Shown here one piece after another: positions 55,665-64,000 of a stretch of DNA of 64,000 nucleotides. The DNA is from Alloascoidea hylecoeti (Eukaryota), in contig BCKZ01000007.1 in assembly GCA_001600815.1 (NCBI GenBank), positions 496,001 to 560,000 on the forward strand. The letters run 5' to 3'. The notes beneath the pieces were generated by a model. It was not told where the DNA came from. It searched no databases and saw only the letters and a program-made list of their open reading frames with translations. Each line of letters begins with the position of its first letter. Within the stretch, counting starts at the first letter, position 1. The translations under genes and the position numbers were made by a program.

Positions 55665-57356
55665 CTAACAATTTATAAGTATCCAATCTCCAATATTTGA
55701 TAATAGTTTTTCCACTTCTTTTTTTGGAAGTTGTAGCTCTGTACAAATTGCGTCAAAATTTTTCATCTGCTTGCTCATTTTTAGAGCTTTTATTTCCAAT
55801 TTCCTTCTCTTTTCGTCTTCTTCGGGTGTCGTATTAGTTGAACCATCATAATGAGAAGAGCTGGGTGACTGTGAAAACTTCACCGTACTTGACTTGGAAT
55901 ATTTACTTTTCCCACTAGTTGTTGTTACTATATTGGACGCGTAAGGAACTGTACCTAAAGTAAATGACCTTTGTAACATAGCTGGATGTGACTGGATTTT
56001 GAAACTATTTTCAGATCTACATATAGATTCTTCATCAGGCTCCTTGGTCGGACCTACCTTATTAGGAATCGTTTCAACTAGTGGATATGAGTGAACTCTA
56101 TAGATGAGACCTTTAATAACACCAAAGGATAAGAACCGTCGAACATCAATATTTTCTAACTCCTTTTTATGCTCAATATACCATTCTTTCACAGTTAAGC
56201 TTTGGTGCAAAGATCTATAAAGGAAAAACAGAGTAACTTTAGAAGGAAGAGTTAACGTCCTTTTTATTGAAGATCCTGAGGTACCCGAAGCACCAGAATT
56301 ATTTCCAGGTTGACTGGTAGATAAATGCGTTGGAGAGATGGAAACACCGCCTGAATGACTTAATGGATTTATCATAGAACTGCTTCGACGAGAATTTATC
56401 GATGTTATAGATTTCTTATCATCCTCTGTGGTTGAAGTTTTAGTAGGTAAATTAGCCAAAGGAGATGGAGCAACAACATAAGCTTGACATTCTTTAGCAA
56501 TTTGATCATCATATAAGAATGCTCCAATATTACTCGTTGGAGCGTAAATGTTAGAAAACTGAAAAATATCTACAATTAAAATAGTACCATAGTGCACTAG
56601 ATGTTGAATACACTGGCACGTTAGGTTATAATCCGTATCTGCTAGATCAGCTATCCGCCGTATACTGTTAATACCATTAATATATGGGACAATTTTTTCC
56701 ATAGTAGGGTCCCAATTAACGTCAATCAAGGATTCTAACCGAACAGTTGATATGGGAACATGGAAAGGCTGTAGTTTTGGAGGAGGGGGGTATATTGGAA
56801 ATAGTTTAATATCAATATTATTTGAACTATCAATCGGTATAAAACATTCTGAATAGTTATTTAAATCTTGAAAAACCTGTTGGATTATATTGCCGAGTGA
56901 TAATAGTTTTGATTTTCCCAATTCTTCTTCTTTAACATATTGTTGCATCGATAAATATCGACTTTGTTCTTCCAAAGCAGTAAACATCTTACCAAGTCTC
57001 CGAATAGAAGATTCATATGCTCCACTATCGCTGGAATAAGGAAACACGAAACAAAAATTGAAGGTATAAGTATTTCTAGCGTATAAGGATGAATGAATGA
57101 CGCAGGGATACCCACAGACTCTATAATTACCAATCTTAACAGTGATTAGCCTGTCACATAATTGAGGTTTGGGGATAATGTAGCTTTTTATTGAGTTGAA
57201 GTCAAATAGTGGTTCTGAAAGAGCAGATGAATCATTTGTAGAAGTAGGAACAATAGCCCCTTCTGGTACCTGATGAAGCACTTTCGGTCCCTCTGTAGGA
57301 TGAAAGGTTGCAAAGAAAATGGCAGTGATTGGAACGAATCCATCAAAATCGGACAT
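55665..57356 (-). CDS. NPR2: SEACIT/GATOR1 subunit, nitrogen permease regulator 2
   Basis: FHPTEGPKV, YIIPKPQLC, YARNTYTFNFCFVF, NWDPTMEKIVPYINGINS, DIFQFSNIY, IDVRRFLSFG. Confidence 0.95.
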   Translation of the reverse strand: MSDFDGFVPITAIFFATFHPTEGPKVLHQVPEGAIVPTSTNDSSALSEPLFDFNSIKSYIIPKPQLCDRLITVKIGNYRVCGYPCVIHSSLYARNTYTFNFCFVFPYSSDSGAYESSIRRLGKMFTALEEQSRYLSMQQYVKEEELGKSKLLSLGNIIQQVFQDLNNYSECFIPIDSSNNIDIKLFPIYPPPPKLQPFHVPISTVRLESLIDVNWDPTMEKIVPYINGINSIRRIADLADTDYNLTCQCIQHLVHYGTILIVDIFQFSNIYAPTSNIGAFLYDDQIAKECQAYVVAPSPLANLPTKTSTTEDDKKSITSINSRRSSSMINPLSHSGGVSISPTHLSTSQPGNNSGASGTSGSSIKRTLTLPSKVTLFFLYRSLHQSLTVKEWYIEHKKELENIDVRRFLSFGVIKGLIYRVHSYPLVETIPNKVGPTKEPDEESICRSENSFKIQSHPAMLQRSFTLGTVPYASNIVTTTSGKSKYSKSSTVKFSQSPSSSHYDGSTNTTPEEDEKRRKLEIKALKMSKQMKNFDAICTELQLPKKEVEKLLSNIGDWILINC

Positions 57357-57643
57357 CTTATATTGTTTTATTGTTACATGAATATGTTATTAACTCTATC
57401 GTAGTCGTAGATATTATACCGGCCCGATAATTACCCGTATTAGTCGATCCATAAAACACTAAAAATTGCAATTATATTAATTATATAAAGTAAATGAAAA
57501 GATATATATAGACATGAACATTATTAGTTATAACTATAGTAGCAGAAATACATTTTTTTAAATTCATCAACACCATAAAAATACAAATGATTGGTATATT
57601 TGTAAATTCTTTTTCAGTTGTAGTTTCAATTTGTTGCTTTTCC

Positions 57644-60600
57644 TCAAGATTTTATGCAAATTTTTGATCCTTCGGAAAGACGTTTCAAATCAACACTTGA
57701 CTGTACGCTTGGGGTTGGAGCTTTTGATCTATTATGTATCATATGACTTTTAACCAAATGTCCAGCAGCTAAGGCTGAACATAAAGATAATTCAGCAGCT
57801 AAAACACCACAAGCAACAATACGTGCTAGTTGTCTTGCATTATCACCAGGATTTGTAGGATGTGGACCTTTAACCCCAAGTAATTCGAGCATTGATGCTT
57901 GAGGATCTAAAATAGTTCCTCCACCAATTGTTCCAACTTCAATGCACGGCATTGAAACTGAAATTTGAAGATTTCCGTCAATATTTTTCATTAATGTTAT
58001 ACAATTCGAACTTTCAACATTTTGAGCAGGATCTTGACCTGTTGCAAGAAAAATAGCAGTTACTATATTAGCAGCATGAGCATTAAATCCTCCAACACTA
58101 CCAGCCATTGCACTTCCAACAAGATTTTTACTAACATTTAATTCAACAAGTGCATCGACATCACTTTTAAGTACTTTTTTAACAACATCACCAGGAATAG
58201 TTGCTTCTGCGACAACGCTTTTGCCACGCCCTTCAATCCAATTAATAGCGGCCGGTTTTTTATCAGTACAGTAATTACCAGAGAGTGAAATAACTTCCAT
58301 ATCTTCAAATCCACATTCTTCTTTTAAATATTTTAGGGAGTATTCAACACCCTTTGAAATCATATTCATACCCATCGCATCACCAGTAGTTGTTCTAAAT
58401 CGAATGAAAAGTAACGTTCCAGCTAAAGCTGTTGTTATATGTTGTAATCTTGCAAATCTGGATGTTGAGTTAAAGGCCTTTTTAATTGTTTTTTGGCCTT
58501 CTTCAGAATCAATCCATATTTTGGCGGCACCAGCTCTTTTCAATGAAGTAAACGAGACACATGGACCTCTAGTCATACCGTCCTGGGTAAGCACAGTAGT
58601 AGCACCACCACCCGCATTGATTGCCTTACAACCTCGCATAGTAGAAGCAACAAGACATCCTTCAGTTGTAGCCATTGGTATATGGAAAGGTTTATCATCA
58701 ATTATTAAAGGACCTGCAATTCCAACTGGTAAGGGCATATAACCAATAACATTTTCACAGCAAGCTCCAAGAACTCTATCAAAATCATAATGTTGATATG
58801 GTAATTTTTCGCTCGTTAATACATCAGCCTTTGCAATTTTTGCAATTGCAAGTCTGCGGACCGCGACTGCTCTTGTTGTATCCGATAATTGTTTTTCAAG
58901 CGCATAAAGTGGAACATTACCATTTGTAACTAATCTAACCACTTCTTGATTCTCTAATTGTTTTAGCTTGCCTGATTTAAAAATTGAAATTAATTCTTCA
59001 ATGGTTCTTTCTTGTTCAGACGCTGGTAATGGAACCTCTTCTGCTTCTTCTTCTTGCTCCTGTTCAATATAAAATTTTTGTGAGGTTTCTTGAATAGTAA
59101 CTTTTTTGGGGTTAGGAGCAACAATCTGAGATCCAGTAGCTCTCAAAAAATAAGCATTAACGGCAATACTAATACCAAAGAAAATAAGAATAATCTTACT
59201 CAAATATCTGTCGGTTATTGCTTTATTGATTTTTTCACCAGTGATAAATAGTAAATCTTCAAAAAGGGCGGCAAACCGAGGGTATTGATAAATTCTAGTT
59301 GGATGGAAAGTAATTAAAACCCCAGATTTATCATTTTCAGTGTTAATTAAACCAGCTAAGGATAGTTTCTCAACAATTAAAGGTTTTGCCAAAGATACTG
59401 AATCTTCTAATATTGAATTATCAAAAGTAGAGAGTTTAAACGGTAATAATTTAACACCATAAATATTAAAAGTTATAAAACCAATTAATGATAAAATTTT
59501 AAAAGCATTAATTCTTAAATTTCTATATTTTGGTTGTATACCAAATAAATAACCTTTTGTTCTTTCTGGATTTTCCAAATTTTTCTTATTACTATTTGGT
59601 AGATTTATAAGACCTTCTTCTGCAAGGGTAGCTTTAATTGTTAAGTCCCTTTTAACTCTATTTATTTGAATTTTAACAGCCAAAATAGCAGAATAAAAAG
59701 AAAATAGTAACAAACAGTCATAAACTAACGTTACAGCAGCAAATAATGAAAACTGAGAAACATTTGGTAATCCACTAAGAGAAACGACTAATAATGCAAC
59801 AATTTCAATAATATAATTTTTAATTATTGAAGTGCCAACAGTTGTAACAGCATCAATGATAACCGAGGCAATATTATTTTTCTCTTCATTTTCAATAGTT
59901 GTTGTATTTTTCAAAGAATTTAAAACATGAGTTGTGAAATTTATTTTATCTCTGAAACCAATAGAGACGACTAAAAATGGTAAACCTTCAGACATACTTT
60001 TCAAAGAAACGTCGATATTAAATAAATTAATAGTGAACAAAGCCAATAAGAAGGATAGTATTGAAGACATCAAAATGGATAAAGCCAGCCAAAACCTGGA
60101 GCCGACATTTCTCATGGAGACAAACAAAGAGGTAAAAGTGACATACATGGCCAAATAAGATAAACCAATAAGGCACACATCAAAAGTTTCAGCAGCGTTA
60201 ACAGCAGAAACAAGTCTTTTGAAACTAAAGCTGATCCATTCAACCCAGCTGAAAGATTTTCTTAAAGGACGTAATCTCCAGGAAGAAGAAGATTCTTTGG
60301 TGATCTGAGAGATCTTCTCGTGTACCCGATCAACCTCACCGTTAGGTACCAAAAAAAAGACAGAAGAATCGCCTTGAGGGTATAAAACATTAGCATCTGA
60401 AAAGGAAGGGATCTCGTCACCATCCAAAAAGCGGTAACTGAGCAGATCGTATGCCGAAGAGATCTGATTCAGATGAGAAGGAGGTTTGGACCATGTTGCG
60501 TTGTCTGATAAGTAATATGCGACTTCCGAGACCGATTCCGTGGCCGGTATATAAATGTCGAGAATGGAAAGGTAAGCAGCCGAGGCCAGAACTGATATGG

Positions 60601-60676
60601 TGATCATGATCCGAATAGGATTGTTGGCCGAAGTACTAGCCAGCTGCGCAAAAATCAACGCGATCTGCCTAAACAT
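57644..60676 (-). CDS. HMG1: HMG-CoA reductase (class I, membrane domain + catalytic domain)
   Basis: CCENVIGY, PMATTEGCLVAS, GDAMGMNM, SGNYCTDKK, GQDPAQNVESS; sterol-sensing domain SEGLPFLVV. Confidence 0.97.
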   Translation of the reverse strand: MFRQIALIFAQLASTSANNPIRIMITISVLASAAYLSILDIYIPATESVSEVAYYLSDNATWSKPPSHLNQISSAYDLLSYRFLDGDEIPSFSDANVLYPQGDSSVFFLVPNGEVDRVHEKISQITKESSSSWRLRPLRKSFSWVEWISFSFKRLVSAVNAAETFDVCLIGLSYLAMYVTFTSLFVSMRNVGSRFWLALSILMSSILSFLLALFTINLFNIDVSLKSMSEGLPFLVVSIGFRDKINFTTHVLNSLKNTTTIENEEKNNIASVIIDAVTTVGTSIIKNYIIEIVALLVVSLSGLPNVSQFSLFAAVTLVYDCLLLFSFYSAILAVKIQINRVKRDLTIKATLAEEGLINLPNSNKKNLENPERTKGYLFGIQPKYRNLRINAFKILSLIGFITFNIYGVKLLPFKLSTFDNSILEDSVSLAKPLIVEKLSLAGLINTENDKSGVLITFHPTRIYQYPRFAALFEDLLFITGEKINKAITDRYLSKIILIFFGISIAVNAYFLRATGSQIVAPNPKKVTIQETSQKFYIEQEQEEEAEEVPLPASEQERTIEELISIFKSGKLKQLENQEVVRLVTNGNVPLYALEKQLSDTTRAVAVRRLAIAKIAKADVLTSEKLPYQHYDFDRVLGACCENVIGYMPLPVGIAGPLIIDDKPFHIPMATTEGCLVASTMRGCKAINAGGGATTVLTQDGMTRGPCVSFTSLKRAGAAKIWIDSEEGQKTIKKAFNSTSRFARLQHITTALAGTLLFIRFRTTTGDAMGMNMISKGVEYSLKYLKEECGFEDMEVISLSGNYCTDKKPAAINWIEGRGKSVVAEATIPGDVVKKVLKSDVDALVELNVSKNLVGSAMAGSVGGFNAHAANIVTAIFLATGQDPAQNVESSNCITLMKNIDGNLQISVSMPCIEVGTIGGGTILDPQASMLELLGVKGPHPTNPGDNARQLARIVACGVLAAELSLCSALAAGHLVKSHMIHNRSKAPTPSVQSSVDLKRLSEGSKICIKS

Positions 60677-60800
60677 ATTTTTGGTCGTGTCTTTTTCCAG
60701 TTTTCTTTGAAGTTTGGGATTTTAAATTTTAAAGGAGATCTAAATTTTGTTGGAATCAATATAATATTCAATTTGCTGACTAAGAATTACATAAGCTAGT

Positions 60801-62173
60801 TTAGTTCTCGCCTCGTTTCCGCAGATTTCGCACGTGATACAGAGGATAGAGGTCTTCTCGCGACTCGATTGGAATCGAAGACCCGTTAAGATCAGCCTCC
60901 AAACTATTAGAGGTGGACACAAGGTGTTGTCCTACCACTTTGAATGTTTGTACAAGTGTGTTAGGATTATCAACCGAAACAAACAGAGTCCCCAATCCCC
61001 CAGTGGAAACAGAAACCACTTTTCCTGCAGTTTCAATGGTTTCTAAGTACTCCAACCGTTCTGATTCATACCTAAAAATCAGTAATGCCCTCGTCCTAAA
61101 TGAAGATGTTAGTTAAGTCATATTACCATTCCAAACGGGTTTCAAAATACTCACGCTTCTACAACAACAACAATCAATTGAGATTCCTCGATTGTAACAA
61201 TATCAGAAACACTAATCTCATGTAACTCTTTCCCTTCTCTTTGATACCTTTCTGGCGTCACATGATATTCATCTAGATAGTCTTTAATATACTCTCGAAT
61301 ATTAACTTTTTGTAGCAATTGATCTTCTCCGTCTTGAGTCCAATCCCAAACTGCTATGAAATCGTCTCCTCCACCGCTAATTAACCTGTTGGGTTTCCAA
61401 TTTGGAATCACGATAGCAGAAACAAATTCTTTATGCCCAAATAGCATACGCTCGATAACAAATGCTTGAGGGTATCGAGAAACCCGAATATGCTCATCTC
61501 TATCTGCTGTAATGACATATTCCTTTCCTTTATATTTTTTGACAATAACTTTAGAAAGCATAGATACATGTCCTAATATCGGTTCTAGAACTTTGGCGTC
61601 TATAACATTTTTATCTGTTAATGAAATTGAAAAAACATCTCCAAATTTATCTCCAATAACAACATCTTTCCCATCATTTGCAAATGAAAGTGTACATGGC
61701 CTCTTTTGAAACTGTTGCCTTTTAATTAAATTCAGATTTACAATGGTTGATGAAGTTGATTTTTCAATCGATATTTGAAATATAAGTGCTGCTTTATCCT
61801 CATCAGTAGTCGCAATTAAATAATTACCACAATCTGATAATCGAAGAACTCGAATATGATTCAAAACTGGGGGAGCACCAGGTCCTGGTTTATTCTTCTT
61901 TTTCTTTTTCTTTGATTCATTTTCATTTAAATCACTCATATTAGATTCATCAAGTTTGACTTTTTTATTAGGTCTTGATTCAACTTCTTCTTCTTCTTCA
62001 CCTTTTTTGACTTCTTTTATTTTTGATTTATGTTTTTCGGAGCCATCTTTCCATCCTCCAACTTTCTTACCATTTATATCAAACACTTGTATTTCTGAGA
62101 GTATAGAAGCATATAAAAAAGTTTCAGTCTTATCAATTGCAATTAATTGAAATGGGTGTTTCAGTATACTCAT
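60801..62173 (-). CDS. TRM82: tRNA m7G methyltransferase WD40 subunit; exons 62173-61155 and 61095-60801 (437 aa)
   Basis: KHPFQ start, PGPGAPP, KRPC, GDKFGDV, LGHVSML, TADRDEHIRVS, LFGHKEFV, LYHVRNLRKR end; intron GTGAGT…ACTAAC…TAG joins the two ORFs in frame. Confidence 0.93.
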
Positions 62174-62847
62174 TATTTGTTCTTTCCCTTTTTCAAGATT
62201 AATTAAACAGTTTACATTGAATAAATTTGAAAATTTGAAAAATCGTGTCACATGATGAAAAATCGTTTCTATTACCCTGACTTGTAATAATTATTAATTA
62301 ATGAATCATTGTTGATTCCATTTTCATATATTATAATTAGTGGTTCAATTCAGTTAACGTTGCGTGTTTGAAAGTAACTCAACTCAATCGAGTTGAATCG
62401 ATATCACAAGCTATTTAATTAATACTTTTAGTTGCAAGGATTTCGGTATCGAACAACAGTTTGAACTGAACAAAACGATGAGTACACGTCGAGGTTCTCA
62501 CAAATTCACAATATAAGTTATTATTCAATTATAAAACCGTATCCTTACATTTATGAAACGATATCGATTACATCATTTAATATTTGTAATGATGATCCAA
62601 CTCTAGATTTGAAAGCCTATCGAACTTATAGTTATGTATGTATAACAGTATATATGTAAAGTGAAAAGTTGCTTTAAATTTATATCATTGAGTATTCAAA
62701 AGGAAAAAAATATATATATCTTAAACATTATATAAAACTTGTATAGAAAAACAATACCAAAAAGAAATGAACAAGACAAAAAAAAAAAAAAAAGATGTGT
62801 ATAAAGGCCTATATATCCTTTAAAACTTTTGTTATAATGACTTAATT

Positions 62848-64000
62848 TTAAAAATCTCCTTCAACTAATCGATAAATAATATACATATAAACTGGTACAA
62901 TAACATTATCATTCATACTACTAGTAGCTTCTAATAATGCTGTTGCAATGGCAGAAATCAAGACAGCAGAAAAAATAAAGGTTCCAGTAAATGCCCAAAC
63001 AATACTAAATCCGACGATCGAACCAACTATAAAAGCTAAAGTACCTTCTATTGTTTTTGAAGAATTTGGCCACTTATTTTTCCCATATCTTCTACCAATA
63101 ATCGAAGCAGCTGAGTCACCTAATCCAAGGCATATTATACCTGTTGCCGGTGCAGCTGAAAATGATGTAAGATCAGAATATAAATAAACAGGCAGTGAAA
63201 CGCCTAACAAAAGAAAAATATGGGAAACAATAATATTTCCAACTGTATCTCTTTCATTAACAAATTTCTTTAACTCAGAATGAATAATAGGACCAAATGG
63301 CGGTAATGCAATAACACGTATAAATTCAACTAACAAGAATAAAACCAATGCAATTCCCATCGCTAACTGAACAAATTCACGACATTTATAAATACCAAAT
63401 GGTATAAATAATAAAAAAACAGTAAAATGCCAAATTTTTCTTCTGAAATCTAATGGCCAATTAACTGATACTTTATTTATTAATGGAATTAATATACTTA
63501 GAGATATTAACCATATTGCTGTAATTTTTAGTCTTATTTCTGAATCATCTTTTAAAAACATATAATTAAACAACCAAACTAATGAATTTTGTTTCAAAAC
63601 TAATGAGAGTAAACCAAGGGAAATTATCATCATTGAAATGAAAAATATAAGATAAACACCATAAGCATATTTTAATTTAGTATTATCTGAATCTGGTAAT
63701 CTTTTATATAATGGTGTCCTTGTAATAGTAATTATTTTATTGATTAATGGTATTGAAGGAACAATTGAAATCGCAGAACCAAACAATAAAAATATAAAAA
63801 TTATCATTACTTGTCTTGTAGAATTTAAAAGTAAATTCATTAAAAGTAATGAAAATAAAGATATTTCAATATTTGATAAACTATTTGATGTCGAAAAGTT
63901 TATAAATTTTTGTGATAAATGAAAAATTGGTGAATATAATAAATATACTGATTTTGATGAGTTGAAAAATACTAAAAGTGATGATAAAACAGATGGTAAT
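62848..64000 (-). CDS. SEC59: Dolichol kinase, 5' part outside the window
   Basis: RRKIWHF, SHIFLLLG, LGLGDSAASIIGRRYG, KTIEGT, DNVIVP; frame open to window end. Confidence 0.92.
   Translation of the reverse strand, partial: LPSVLSSLLVFFNSSKSVYLLYSPIFHLSQKFINFSTSNSLSNIEISLFSLLLMNLLLNSTRQVMIIFIFLLFGSAISIVPSIPLINKIITITRTPLYKRLPDSDNTKLKYAYGVYLIFFISMMIISLGLLSLVLKQNSLVWLFNYMFLKDDSEIRLKITAIWLISLSILIPLINKVSVNWPLDFRRKIWHFTVFLLFIPFGIYKCREFVQLAMGIALVLFLLVEFIRVIALPPFGPIIHSELKKFVNERDTVGNIIVSHIFLLLGVSLPVYLYSDLTSFSAAPATGIICLGLGDSAASIIGRRYGKNKWPNSSKTIEGTLAFIVGSIVGFSIVWAFTGTFIFSAVLISAIATALLEATSSMNDNVIVPVYMYIIYRLVEGDF

Noticed and set aside
1..64000. CRISPR arrays, rRNA, intact transposons, and the many short overlapping ORFs in the track
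   Set aside because: No repeat-spacer array, rRNA or intact element seen; short ORFs are alternate-frame or antisense by-products of real genes, exons or relics

Overview
AT-rich eukaryotic DNA from a budding yeast (Saccharomycotina-like gene set; short GT-AG introns with CTAAC branch points; CTG appears to encode Leu). It holds about 25 protein genes, mostly housekeeping: PCS60, CCS1, ARA2-like, an F-box protein, 5'-nucleotidase, RPN4, GPP/DOG phosphatase, peroxisomal acyl-CoA dehydrogenase, SLX5, PMP22, Atos-like, VPS68, a yapsin, an ARN/SIT siderophore transporter, RMD9-like, DAL1, ERP3-like, CDC7, NPR2, HMG-CoA reductase, TRM82 and a partial SEC59. There are two intron-containing tRNA genes (Pro-AGG, Lys-UUU). 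The intergenic DNA carries many relics that the ORF track misses: a Tc1 DD34E transposase, a Tc1-type MITE with IR-DR ends, two pogo/Fot1-like relic loci (one an inverted pair), a probable LINE-like RT, a possible copia integrase, and SDR and OYE pseudogenes. The most interesting unexplained signals are (i) a dispersed element found just upstream of both tRNA genes in the same orientation and (ii) a multi-hairpin GC-rich ~320-nt element upstream of PCS60 containing a telomere-like 12-bp direct repeat. All calls are by eye from motifs; no database searches were run.
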